The notes under the pieces are model-generated. The model was given only the letters and a program-made list of their open reading frames with translations. It had not been told where the DNA came from and ran no database searches. This document shows positions 29,301 through 38,629 of a stretch of DNA of 64,000 nt, piece by piece. Location: NCBI GenBank assembly GCA_014193115.1, contig BJHQ01000003.1, positions 2,768 through 66,767 on the forward strand, given 5' to 3'. The number at the start of each line of letters is the position of its first letter. The stretch's first letter is position 1. A program made the position numbers and the translations under genes. This stretch comes from Planctomycetota bacterium. Its GTDB lineage: Bacteria; Planctomycetota; UBA11346.

Positions 29301-30674
29301 ATGCTCTCGCCCATGTCGGTCCGCCTCGATGGTCCTGCCGGGTCTTGGACCCTGCCATCCGGCACCAGTGTGCTCGGTCGCGGGGTCGGCTGCGAAGTGC
29401 GGATCGATGACCCCCGACTGTCCCGGCGCCATGCCTCGTTCCTGGTCGACGGGGCGCGGGTGGTGGTGCGGGATCTGGGTGCGACCAACGGCGTGCTGGT
29501 CAACGGTCGGCGCATCCGCGGGACGCAGACCCTGAACCATGGCGATTCGGTCACCTGCGGACCGATGGTGCTGGCGGTGTCGATCGCGGTCAGCGAGCCT
29601 CATCCCCGGGAGCTGCTCGGTCGGTCGGCGACCGAGTTCGTGCCCCACGCCGATTCGGTCAATACCGACGCGATGGATCCGGCGGCGGTGGCCGCGACCG
29701 TGGCCGCCCTCACCGATCGCAAGATCAACGCCCGCATCGCCGAGGCGGTGCCGGTCGAACCGTCCGCCGCGTCCAGCTTCCTCGAACCAGGAGACGCTCC
29801 CGACCGGGCCTCGTCCCTGGTTCCTGCCCTTCCCGGGCGGCGGCCTCCGTCGGTCGGAACCGGAGTCCCACCAGCGCCGGCCGAGGAACGCGCCAGCGCC
29901 CTGATGCCCCAACCGCTGATCCGCCTGCCGGCGTCGGCGCTGAGCTCCACCGCCAACCCGTCACCGCCGGCAGCGCCACAGGTTCCCCGACTGTCGACCG
30001 CCCTGCTCCCGGCTTCGGCGGTGACGGACGGCGGGCAGATGCCGCTGCTGCTCCGCCCCGGCCGCCAGGCGCACACGCCGGGGCTTCGGCGGTTGGCAGC
30101 TGCTGCCGGCGATGGCCTGCTTGCGTGGTTGGCGGCCAGCTGCGCCGCCGTGCCGAGCCTGGCGCTGGGTTACGGCCAGGCCCTGGCCAAGGCAGGAGCC
30201 ACCCTGCACGGCGGACTGCCGGTGCTGCCGCCGACCACTGGCACCTCGGCCACCGCCTGGGAATTCAGTGCCAGCGTGCTCGATCCGGGCGGGCTGGCCC
30301 GGGCGGTGGAAATCGCCTTGACCCTGCGGCGAGTCGATAGCGATGCTTTTTTCCTGCTGTTTCTCGGTGCGACCGGCGCAGTGCTGGCGGTGGTGCTGGC
30401 CAGCTTGCTGGTGCTGGTGGCGCCGACGGTCTGGTTCGGCGGCCCGCCCTGCCACCGCGCCTTGGGCCTGACCATCGAAAGCCTGAACGGCCACCGCCTG
30501 GGGTGGTTCCAGGCGAGCCTGCGCTGGCTGCTGGCGTTGCTGCTGTCGCCGTTGGCCTGGTTCACCCTGGCGGCGGGCCGGCCGTCGATCCACGACCGGT
30601 TGAGCGGCTGCCGGCTGGGCGGCCAGCTCGGCGAGTCGGCTGAAGTCCAGCAAAACAGCAGAAAACCGGCGTAG
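29301..30674 (+). CDS. FHA-domain protein with a C-terminal RDD-family membrane domain
   Basis: The N-terminal FHA reads GRGVGCEVRIDDPRLSRRHASFLV...TNGVLVNGRRI. A Pro/Ala-rich linker follows. The C-terminal multi-TM region ends in the RDD-like RPSIHDRLSG. Confidence 0.7.
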   Translation: MLSPMSVRLDGPAGSWTLPSGTSVLGRGVGCEVRIDDPRLSRRHASFLVDGARVVVRDLGATNGVLVNGRRIRGTQTLNHGDSVTCGPMVLAVSIAVSEPHPRELLGRSATEFVPHADSVNTDAMDPAAVAATVAALTDRKINARIAEAVPVEPSAASSFLEPGDAPDRASSLVPALPGRRPPSVGTGVPPAPAEERASALMPQPLIRLPASALSSTANPSPPAAPQVPRLSTALLPASAVTDGGQMPLLLRPGRQAHTPGLRRLAAAAGDGLLAWLAASCAAVPSLALGYGQALAKAGATLHGGLPVLPPTTGTSATAWEFSASVLDPGGLARAVEIALTLRRVDSDAFFLLFLGATGAVLAVVLASLLVLVAPTVWFGGPPCHRALGLTIESLNGHRLGWFQASLRWLLALLLSPLAWFTLAAGRPSIHDRLSGCRLGGQLGESAEVQQNSRKPA

Positions 30675-30733
30675 TCGCGGCTTTCCGGCGGAGCGTCAGG
30701 GCCCGAGCGCCAGGGCCGGAGTGCGCAGACTGC

Positions 30734-31828
30734 TCAGCCGGGCTGAAGCGGGATGCTGACCGTGAAGATCGAGCCCCGGCCGGGGGCAGATTCCACCGAG
30801 ATGGCGCCTCCCATCAGCTCGACCAGGCGTTTGCAGATCGCCAGGCCCAGGCCGCTGCCACCATAGTTCCGGGCGACCGCCGGATCGGCCTGGCGGAACG
30901 GGGTGAACAGGCGCGTCAGCGCTTCCGGGGGGATGCCGATGCCTTGGTCGATGACCTGGAAGCGCAGCTGATCCTGGTCGCGGTCGACAGCCAGTCGAAC
31001 CGTGCCGCGGGTACTGAATTTGAGGGCGTTGGCGAGCAGGTTGGTCAGCACCTGGCGGAGGCGGAACACATCGCCAACGATTTTGCGCGGAACCGCGTGG
31101 TCCAAGGCGGTGGCCAGGATCAGGCCCTTGGCCCGGAAGCGCGGGGTGAACTCCGCATCGAGTTCGCCGAGCAACTGTTTTGGTCGCCATTCGGCGGTGA
31201 CCAGCTCGACCCGACCGGCCTCAAGCCGCGACAATTCGAGCAGGCCATCGACCAGCCCGCGCAGATGGCTGGCGGAATGATGGAGGGCCTCCATCAGCTC
31301 GCGTTGCTCGGGTGAAAGGTCCGTCTCGCGGAGCAGCTCGGCCATGCCCAGCACCCCGGTGAGCGGCGTGCGCAGTTCGTGGGTGATTTCTGCCACCATG
31401 GTCGCGACGCCGCCGACCGGCGCGGTGTCGGTGACCTCGACCCGGCAGCGGAACGCCGCCACCAGCAGGCCGCCGGCGATCGATTGCAGCCGCAGGCTCA
31501 TCGGCGTTTCACCGCCATCAAAACGGCACAGCGCCGAATCACCGCGCCACGAGGTGCCGGCCTGGCCGGTGGCGAGCAGGGGCAGGGCCTCGTCGAGGAT
31601 CACTGCCGCCGCCCATTCGGGGCAGAGCTCGGGCAGCAGCCGGTCAGCGGAGTCGAGCCGGTTGCCGACGTGGCGGAGGGCGGCGCGGTTGGCCCACACC
31701 ACATGCAGTTCGCGGTCGCAGATCAGCACCGCCTCGTCGATCACCTCAAGGGCGGCGCGCAGCGCGCCTTCGACCGGCTGGGTGCGACCGCCAGACGGCG
31801 GGCGGGTGGTGCGACCGGTTCCGGCCAT
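30734..31828 (-). CDS. PAS-domain sensor histidine kinase (no TM)
   Basis: H-box [20 protein letters not shown] and an HATPase ([11 protein letters not shown] ... IDQGIGIP ... [10 protein letters not shown]). Confidence 0.85.
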   Translation of the reverse strand: MAGTGRTTRPPSGGRTQPVEGALRAALEVIDEAVLICDRELHVVWANRAALRHVGNRLDSADRLLPELCPEWAAAVILDEALPLLATGQAGTSWRGDSALCRFDGGETPMSLRLQSIAGGLLVAAFRCRVEVTDTAPVGGVATMVAEITHELRTPLTGVLGMAELLRETDLSPEQRELMEALHHSASHLRGLVDGLLELSRLEAGRVELVTAEWRPKQLLGELDAEFTPRFRAKGLILATALDHAVPRKIVGDVFRLRQVLTNLLANALKFSTRGTVRLAVDRDQDQLRFQVIDQGIGIPPEALTRLFTPFRQADPAVARNYGGSGLGLAICKRLVELMGGAISVESAPGRGSIFTVSIPLQPG

Positions 31829-31833
31829 GCGGC

Positions 31834-33408
31834 TCAGTGCCGGAAATGCCGGGTGCCGGTGAACACCATCGCCAGCCCCAGGCGATCCGCGGCGGCGATC
31901 ACCGCGTCGTCGCCCTTCGATCCGCCAGGCTGGGCGATGGCGGTGACCCCGGCCCGGGCGGCGGTCTCGACCCCGTCGGGAAAGGGGAAGTACGCATCGC
32001 TGGCCAGCACCGCGCCGGTGGCTTTTTCCTTGGCCAGGCTGGCGGCGATCCAGCAGCTGTTGACCCGGCTCATCTGCCCGACTCCGGCGCCGACCAGTTC
32101 GCGGTCCTTCACCAGGCAGATGGCATTGGAGGTCAGGTGCTTGACGATCGGCCAGGCGACCGCGAGGTCGGCAAGCTCAGCGGCGGTCGGGCTGCGTTTC
32201 GACACGGTGGTGATGGTCGCGGGCTCCCAGCCCGGCCGGTCGTAATCCTGCAGCAGCAGTCCGCCCAGGACATTGCGGGCGAAACGGGCTCCGGCCGGAA
32301 TCGCGGTGGCGGCGCCAGCCGCGAGCAGGCGGACGTTGGCCTTCCATTTCGGTTTGGTGGTCAGGATGGCCAGCGCCTCGGGAGTGAATTCGGGCGCGAT
32401 GATGACCTCGACGAATCGGCCTGGATCAGCGATGCGATCGGCGGTTTCGGCATCGACCGGCCGGTTCACGGCGATGATCGAGCCGAACGCCGCCTGGGGA
32501 TCTCCGTCGTAGGCGCGCAGGAAGGCCTCGGCCAGGATCGGGCGCACGGCGCAGCCGCAGGGATTGGTATGCTTGATGATCGCGCAGGCCGGATCAGTGA
32601 ATTCGTTGACCAGGCGCCAGGCCGCGTCGGCGTCCATCAGGTTGTTATAGGACAGTTCTTTTCCATGCAGCTGGCGGCCACGGACGACGCTGGCGGCGCC
32701 GGGCAGACGGCAGTCGTAGAGCGCCGCCCGCTGGTGCGGATTCTCGCCGTAGCGCAGATCCTGGACCTTTCGCAGCGGGATCGCGAGTTGGTCGGGAAAG
32801 GCCTCGTCGGCGGGCAGATCGGCGAGGCGGGCGAGCTCATCGGCGATCAGCGCGTCATAGCGAGCGGTGGCCCGGAACACTGCCCGGGCGCAGGCGGCGC
32901 GGAACGCCAACGTCGTGTCGCCGGCATGGGCGTCGAGTTCGGCAAGACAGCGCGGATAATCGGCGGGATCGGTGAGCACCGTCACGCTAGCGTGGTTCTT
33001 CGCCGCCGAGCGCAGCATGGTCGGCCCGCCGATGTCGATGTTCTCGATCTTGTCGGTGGCGCTGGCCCCGGGCCGGTCGCAGGTGGCCTCGAACGGGTAG
33101 AGATTCACCACCACCAGATCGATCAGGCCGATGCCCTGGGCGGCAGCCTCGGCCAGCTGCCCGGCATCGTCGCGCTTGCACAGCAATCCGCCGTGGATTT
33201 TTGGGTGGAGGGTCTTCAGCCGACCGTCCATCAATTCGGGGAAGCCGGTCCAGGTGGCGACCTCCACCGAAGGAACCCCGGCGGCGGACAAAGCGGCGCG
33301 GGTCCCGCCGGTGGAGAGCAGCTCGACGCCTCTGGCGACCAGGGCGCGGGCGAAGTCGATCAGGCCGGTCTTGTCGGAGACCGAGAGCAGGGCACGGCGG
33401 ATGGGCAT
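31834..33408 (-). CDS. purH: bifunctional AICAR formyltransferase / IMP cyclohydrolase
   Basis: MPIRRALLSVSDKTGLIDFARALVARGVELLSTGGT...KTLHPKIHGG. The 154-aa N-terminal ORF extension was rejected. Confidence 0.9.
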   Translation of the reverse strand: MPIRRALLSVSDKTGLIDFARALVARGVELLSTGGTRAALSAAGVPSVEVATWTGFPELMDGRLKTLHPKIHGGLLCKRDDAGQLAEAAAQGIGLIDLVVVNLYPFEATCDRPGASATDKIENIDIGGPTMLRSAAKNHASVTVLTDPADYPRCLAELDAHAGDTTLAFRAACARAVFRATARYDALIADELARLADLPADEAFPDQLAIPLRKVQDLRYGENPHQRAALYDCRLPGAASVVRGRQLHGKELSYNNLMDADAAWRLVNEFTDPACAIIKHTNPCGCAVRPILAEAFLRAYDGDPQAAFGSIIAVNRPVDAETADRIADPGRFVEVIIAPEFTPEALAILTTKPKWKANVRLLAAGAATAIPAGARFARNVLGGLLLQDYDRPGWEPATITTVSKRSPTAAELADLAVAWPIVKHLTSNAICLVKDRELVGAGVGQMSRVNSCWIAASLAKEKATGAVLASDAYFPFPDGVETAARAGVTAIAQPGGSKGDDAVIAAADRLGLAMVFTGTRHFRH

Positions 33409-33460
33409 TGGCCCGGGATGGTCGCCAGTGGCCTGAACGGTCAATGCGCGCCGGCCCGGC

Positions 33461-34111
33461 TCAGCCGACCGCGGCCAGCCAGGCCCGGGCCATGATCTGA
33501 TGGCCGGCCGGGCTGGGGTGGACGCCGTCGCCGGCCCAGTGGGCGGGCGGGGCCCGGCGGCTGGCTTCGTCGAAGGCGGCCTGGAACGGCACGAACACCG
33601 CCGAGAACTCCTTCGCCAGCTGCCGGACCACCGCCTGGCGCGGGGCGAGATCCTCGAACCAGCCTTGGCCGGCGACCCCGCACGGCAGCAGGAACGGCTC
33701 GCACAGCACCAGCCGGACCTCGGGCAGCCGTTCGCGGGTGTCGGCCAACAGGTGGCGATAGGTGCGCTCGAACCGGACATGGTCGACGCCGCTGTCGCGG
33801 CTGAACGTGTGCCAGGTGTCGTTGATCCCGAGCAGGATGCTGAGCACCGTCGGCTGCAGATTCCAGCCATGCTCCTTGATCCGGGCAGCGAGATCGACGA
33901 TCCGATTGCCGCTGATCCCGAGATTGCGGATGGTCAGGTTCAGCTCCGGGCGATCGGCGGCGAGCTGGGCGGCGATGAATAGCGGATAGCCGTTGCCCAG
34001 GCTGGTGCCGCGCTGGGCGGGATCGGTGTGGGGCGGATCGAAGGCTTTGTCGCGACCGCAGTCGGTGATGGAGTCGCCCTGGAAGAGCACGCGGTCGCCG
34101 GTGGTGAGCAT
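33461..34111 (-). CDS. SGNH/GDSL-family hydrolase
   Basis: The GDSIT block is at the N-terminus (VLFQGDSITDCG). GINDT and the DGVHPS catalytic blocks are present. Confidence 0.75.
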   Translation of the reverse strand: MLTTGDRVLFQGDSITDCGRDKAFDPPHTDPAQRGTSLGNGYPLFIAAQLAADRPELNLTIRNLGISGNRIVDLAARIKEHGWNLQPTVLSILLGINDTWHTFSRDSGVDHVRFERTYRHLLADTRERLPEVRLVLCEPFLLPCGVAGQGWFEDLAPRQAVVRQLAKEFSAVFVPFQAAFDEASRRAPPAHWAGDGVHPSPAGHQIMARAWLAAVG

Positions 34112-34199
34112 GGCCGCGACGGTGCCGTCGCCGGTGACAGGTCAAGGCGCTGCACTGGCACGGCCTGGCACGGCGCGGCGATGGGCCGAGGCTGACGAC

Positions 34200-34835
34200 A
34201 TGCGCCGTGTCGTCCTGGTCGGGGCCTGGGCGCTGCCTGTGCTGATCGCGATCCTGGTGGGATGGACGCTGCTCGACGACAGTCCGGAGGAACCGGCACC
34301 GAGCGGAGCGGCGGCGATGTTCCGCCATGTCATCCATTGGGGATTGTGGCGAGGCCGAGCGATCGCCGAGGCCGGACCAGGGATCAACGGCATCGCCCGG
34401 GCCGACCTGCGACCGGGGGATGTGCTGCTCTGCCGCACCGTCGGCACCTGCTATGGCACCTACAGCCACGCCGGCGTGGTGGTCGGTAAAGGCCAGGCGC
34501 TGGGCGCCGACATCCTCGCCGGCCTTTTTCTTGAGCCGGTCGATTGGCTGTCGGATTACGACGAGATCACCGTGCTCAGGCCGGGCACGGCGGAACAGGG
34601 CGAACGCGCCGCCGCCGCCGCCCGGGCCCTGGTCGGCCGCCCGTTCGCGCTCCACGCCCATCCCCGTGACCCCGGCCAGTTCAGCTGCGGCAAGGCGGCC
34701 ACCGTGGCCTGGCGCAGCGCCGGAGTTGAACTTGGCAATGGCAGTTTCTGGCCGAGCCCTGACGCCATCGCAGCCGGCGGCCACCCCGTGGCCAGCCGCT
34801 GGGCGAAGCGCGGGATTGGACTGGGCCAGAACTAA
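34200..34835 (+). CDS. permuted papain-like (YiiX/YaeF-like) putative amidase
   Basis: GDVLLCRT ... YSHAGVVVG pattern with an N-terminal TM/signal. This is a moderate family call. Confidence 0.45.
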   Translation: MRRVVLVGAWALPVLIAILVGWTLLDDSPEEPAPSGAAAMFRHVIHWGLWRGRAIAEAGPGINGIARADLRPGDVLLCRTVGTCYGTYSHAGVVVGKGQALGADILAGLFLEPVDWLSDYDEITVLRPGTAEQGERAAAAARALVGRPFALHAHPRDPGQFSCGKAATVAWRSAGVELGNGSFWPSPDAIAAGGHPVASRWAKRGIGLGQN

Positions 34836-35063
34836 AAACCGCGTGAAAGGTCATTGAAAATCCATACAGAGAACTGGAGAACTCCATATTGCGCTTGGTC
34901 GGCAGGCCCAGAGCATCGCCCGCACTGAGCCCATGCCAGGTCGCGACCATCGTCCGCATCCCGGTTCCGTGACATTTTTATCGGTGTCCCGGAGCGATGC
35001 TTCTGGGTTAAAGGGCCTTGTACTTGCATGACCAATCTCTGCCCGCGCCTCGGTTCCTGACGC

Positions 35064-35546
35064 ATGGATTCTGCCTCAACGTACGCGAACAGAATCCCTG
35101 AGCTGGTCCTGTTCATCGGAATCCAGGCTACCGGGAAGACATCCTTCTTCCGCGAGCAATTCCTGGTCAGCCATGTGCGCATCAGCCTCGATCTGCTGCG
35201 GACCCGGCACCGGGAGGCGCGATTTCTCGCCGTGTGCATTGAGACGCGGATGGATACGGTCGTCGATAATACCAATCCGACGAAAGAGGATCGGATCCGT
35301 TACATCGCCCCGGCCAAGACCGCAGGATTCGCCATCCGCGGCTTCTATTTCCAATCCCGGGCGGGCGAGGCCCTGGCCCGAAATGCACAGAGGGTAGGCA
35401 GAGCCCACGTTCCCGAAGCGGGAATCCTCGGCTGTGCCCGGCGTCTGCAGGTTCCCGATCCCAGCGAGGGGTTTGATGTCCTGCGCCATGTTTCTCTGCT
35501 GCCCGATGGCAGTTTCCTGATCCAGGAGTGGAATGATGGACTTTGA
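35064..35546 (+). CDS. P-loop kinase, polynucleotide 5'-kinase (PNK)-like
   Basis: Walker A LVLFIGIQATGKTSFF and the Walker B/NTN-like VVDNTNPTKEDRIRYI, as in T4 Pnk-family kinases. Lower GC than surrounding DNA. Overlaps the next gene by 14 nt. Confidence 0.65.
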   Translation: MDSASTYANRIPELVLFIGIQATGKTSFFREQFLVSHVRISLDLLRTRHREARFLAVCIETRMDTVVDNTNPTKEDRIRYIAPAKTAGFAIRGFYFQSRAGEALARNAQRVGRAHVPEAGILGCARRLQVPDPSEGFDVLRHVSLLPDGSFLIQEWNDGL

Positions 35547-36312
35547 TGAACTCGACCGCCAGATGCGGATCTTCGAGACCGCGCACGACCACTGCGTCCT
35601 GCCGGGGATCACCATCGTCGCTCGGCTCGACGGGCGTGGGTTCACGAAGCTGACCAAAGAGATCCACCAATTCGAAGCCCCCTTCGACACGCGCTTCCGC
35701 GATCACATGGCAGCGACGGTCGAACATCTGATGGGTATTGGAATGCGGATCATCTACGGTTACACGCAGTCGGACGAGATCAGCCTACTGTTCCATGTCG
35801 CCGATGACTCGTTCAATCGCAAGGAACGCAAGCTGCTGTCCATCCTCGCCGGAGAGGCGAGCGCCGCGTTTTCGCTGCGTTTGGGCTCACCGGGGATCTT
35901 CGACTGCCGAATCTGCCAGCTGCCCGACCGTCGCCAGGTGATCGACTATTTCCGCTGGCGACAGGAGGACGCCCACCGCAACGCTCTCAATGCCCACTGT
36001 TATTGGCTCCAGCGCCGTGAGGGAGCCAAGCCATCGTCCGCTTCGTCCAGGTTAGAGGGGATGTCCGTGGCTGAGAAAAACGAATTTCTCTTTCAGCGTG
36101 GGCTCAATTTTAACGAATTGCCCACCTGGCAGCGCCGAGGCATCGGTGTCCGCTGGTTGCACGTGGTCAAGGAGGGACGGAACCCGATTTCCGGCGAGAC
36201 CGTCCTGACTCAACGTCGCCGTTTGGCGGTCGACCTCGAACTTCCTATGCGCGAGGCTTATGCCGATCTCATTTGCAGCATCCTGGATGCGGAGAGCGGC
36301 AGCCGAACCTGA
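35533..36312 (+). CDS. Thg1-like protein (tRNA-His guanylyltransferase family 3'-5' nucleotidyltransferase)
   Basis: IVARLDGRGFTKLT, IYGYTQSDEISLLF, FDCRICQLPD...YFRWRQEDAHRNALN and EKNEFLFQRGLNFNELP align block-for-block with the Thg1/TLP catalytic core. Confidence 0.85.
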   Translation: MMDFDELDRQMRIFETAHDHCVLPGITIVARLDGRGFTKLTKEIHQFEAPFDTRFRDHMAATVEHLMGIGMRIIYGYTQSDEISLLFHVADDSFNRKERKLLSILAGEASAAFSLRLGSPGIFDCRICQLPDRRQVIDYFRWRQEDAHRNALNAHCYWLQRREGAKPSSASSRLEGMSVAEKNEFLFQRGLNFNELPTWQRRGIGVRWLHVVKEGRNPISGETVLTQRRRLAVDLELPMREAYADLICSILDAESGSRT

Positions 36313-36473
36313 TAACATGAGGCTCGATCAGATCCCCTCGGCACGTCGCGCTGCGCTCTTCGCTCGTCATCGGCGAGAACAGCAGCAACGTGGCGATGAG
36401 CTGCCGCTGTGGGTGCATCTGCGCTGGCTGGAAGCGATGACCGAGCCGGAAACCCTGGTCGATCAACCCGGGC

Positions 36474-37499
36474 TCAACCCATCACCAGATCCGCCAGAGC
36501 CGCGATGAACTGTGGATGGTCGTGGACGCCGATCGCCCGGGTCCAACCGAGGCCGAGCGCTGCGGACTGCTCCGCGCCAGCCACGTCGAGGTCGTACAGC
36601 ACTTCGACGTGATCGACCAGGAAACCGAAGGCCTGGGCGATGACCTCGCTGGCGCCGTTGGCTTTGGCCCTGGTCAGCGATTCTGCCAACGTTGGCGACG
36701 ACCACGGCACTGGCGAACGGTCAGGAGCGCTGACGAACGCGACGACGTGGTCCGGGTGGCCGACCAACGCAGCGATGGCTGCGGCATCCGCCTCGACCTG
36801 CCGGCGATAGGGCGTGGCCCGTTCGGCGGGCAGCGGAATGGCGTGGGCGACCAGCAGCAGCGGCGCAGCCGCAAAACGCTCCGGCGACCAGCCGGTCACC
36901 GCGTCGCGAATACGTGCAGCCGCAGCCCGCAGATACCCTGGATTGCCGGTCAGCGCTGGCAGCGCCGGCAAGAACGCCATGCCGAGATCCGCTGCGTCCT
37001 TGGTCGCGTCATCCAGATAGGCCTGCCAACGCGCTCCGGCTTGGTGCGGAGCCAGCACCAGCGGCTGCACCTGGTCGCAGCCGCGCTCGCGCAGGCGCCG
37101 GAGCGCATCCGCCGGCCACGGCGCCCAATGGCGCAGGCCCAGCTCCACCGGCCGCGGCTGGCCGCGCCTGGCCAATTCGGTCTCCAAGGCGCTGGCCTGC
37201 CGCCGGGTCAGCGCGGTGTACGGGCTGAAGCCCTTCGCGACTGAACGATAATGGTCTGCCACCGCCCGGATCCGTGGCAACGATGCGCCGTTTTCGCCAA
37301 TGCCGCCAAGCACGGCGGCGGCGAAACACTCGGCCTCGCAGGCGGGACTCCAGCCGTCGTCGCACTGGAGACGGGCCGGCGGTTTGACGGCAGGCGTGCC
37401 AACGGCGCAGCGTTCCCGGCGACCACAGCAGCCGGGTTCCGGCCCGCCGAATCCGAGCATCAGGACACCGATCACGCCGTTGTCTCCCCGGGCGCCCAA
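36474..37499 (-). CDS. hemH: ferrochelatase with an N-proximal Cys-rich insertion
   Basis: GVLMLGFGGPE ... HAIPLP ... EVLYDLD. A roughly 35-aa insert after the GGPE block carries 6 Cys. Confidence 0.8.
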   Translation of the reverse strand: MGARGDNGVIGVLMLGFGGPEPGCCGRRERCAVGTPAVKPPARLQCDDGWSPACEAECFAAAVLGGIGENGASLPRIRAVADHYRSVAKGFSPYTALTRRQASALETELARRGQPRPVELGLRHWAPWPADALRRLRERGCDQVQPLVLAPHQAGARWQAYLDDATKDAADLGMAFLPALPALTGNPGYLRAAAARIRDAVTGWSPERFAAAPLLLVAHAIPLPAERATPYRRQVEADAAAIAALVGHPDHVVAFVSAPDRSPVPWSSPTLAESLTRAKANGASEVIAQAFGFLVDHVEVLYDLDVAGAEQSAALGLGWTRAIGVHDHPQFIAALADLVMG

Positions 37500-37547
37500 G
37501 ACTCCGACAGCGGACAGTCCCTGAACGTCGCGGTCATAGCCAGCGGT

Positions 37548-38513
37548 TCACCAACGGTCCAGGTCGCCATGCACAGAACGCCGGGTTGGCAGATCGACAA
37601 CGGTACCCGCATCGACCGTGCCGGTGACCTGCGATGAAATGGCCGAGATGACGTTGAGCCCGGCGCGGGTCCAGGTGACGACCTCGCCGCTGGCCAAGGT
37701 CACGACCCAACTGGAATTGCCGGCGTTGGTGGAGACGAGATTGAAGGTGTTGGGCTGGCCCGAGCTGCGGGTGAGCACCTGTTCAAGACGGCGATTACCT
37801 GCCAGCGACCAGGACGTGGTGGTCCGATCGCGGACCACCGTGCCGATGCACGACAGGCTCGTGCCCGGCACGGCCGGCCCGACGGTGGTGACCACGGTCA
37901 TCGTCTGGGTGGTGGGCGTTGGCCCACTGTCCTTCGACCAGGTCAGATCGAGATTGACGATAATGGTGCCGGAATTGATGGAGGCGACGGCGCCGCTCGC
38001 TGGGTCGGTGTAGCTCGCGGAGAGCGGACTGGTCCCCGAGAACGAGATGGTGAGCAGCGCCTTGCCCGTGCCACTGGTGCCGGACGGCCAGCTCGGCACG
38101 AACAGCTCCTTGTCGGCAGAAAGTCGGAAGGAGCCGGTGGCGTCCGGGAACGTATCGCCGCTGGCGCCGAGGAAATCGAGACTGACATCAACCGGCGTGG
38201 TCGTTGCCTGGCGCAGACCGGCCGCCCGAATGACGACGTTCCCGTCGGTCCCCCGGCGGATGATATCGTTTGCTGCCGCTTGGATCAGGGTCGACACCAA
38301 TCCCGCGACCGCGGCGGTCGTCTGCAGGCTGGCGGTTGGAGTCGGGCTGGGGTCCGGGATGTCGGGGATGCCGGTGGTGGCGTCGAGCGGCTGGGGGTCG
38401 CCACAGCCAGTGAGGGCAATGGCCAGAGCAAAAGCGACCAGACGGCACCCATCAAGCAAACAGCGCGTGGCGGGAGTCGAGGACGGTTCAGGCCGGAGAC
38501 AAGGAAGGGCCAT
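37548..38513 (-). CDS. Thr/Ser-rich lipoprotein (paralog of 38630-39619)
   Basis: Lipobox LAIALTGCG. The start was chosen at MALPCL. The beta-rich repeat modules resemble the divergent neighbour. Confidence 0.55.
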   Translation of the reverse strand: MALPCLRPEPSSTPATRCLLDGCRLVAFALAIALTGCGDPQPLDATTGIPDIPDPSPTPTASLQTTAAVAGLVSTLIQAAANDIIRRGTDGNVVIRAAGLRQATTTPVDVSLDFLGASGDTFPDATGSFRLSADKELFVPSWPSGTSGTGKALLTISFSGTSPLSASYTDPASGAVASINSGTIIVNLDLTWSKDSGPTPTTQTMTVVTTVGPAVPGTSLSCIGTVVRDRTTTSWSLAGNRRLEQVLTRSSGQPNTFNLVSTNAGNSSWVVTLASGEVVTWTRAGLNVISAISSQVTGTVDAGTVVDLPTRRSVHGDLDRW

Positions 38514-38629
38514 GCAGGATGCTCCGGCCATTCGACGCCGAGGCGATAGCCCTGGTTCCGAGCCGGGCCGAGACGTGCATCGGACCGAATTTGCAGTAAT
38601 CTCATCCAACCAACCCCAAGGACCCGGCC

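Noticed and set aside
31837-33495. A 552-aa plus-strand ORF.
   Set aside because: It is antisense to purH, which is a near-textbook sequence.
33409-33870. The N-terminal 154-aa extension of the purH ORF (MAGICSRRCS...).
   Set aside because: It overlaps the SGNH hydrolase gene region and is Cys/Arg/Ser-rich nonsense. MPIRRALLSVSDKTG is the conserved PurH N-terminus.
34832-35275. A 147-aa minus-strand ORF across the low-GC leader and the start of the kinase gene.
   Set aside because: Poor codon bias. It overlaps the well-supported P-loop kinase gene on the opposite strand and the AT-rich leader.
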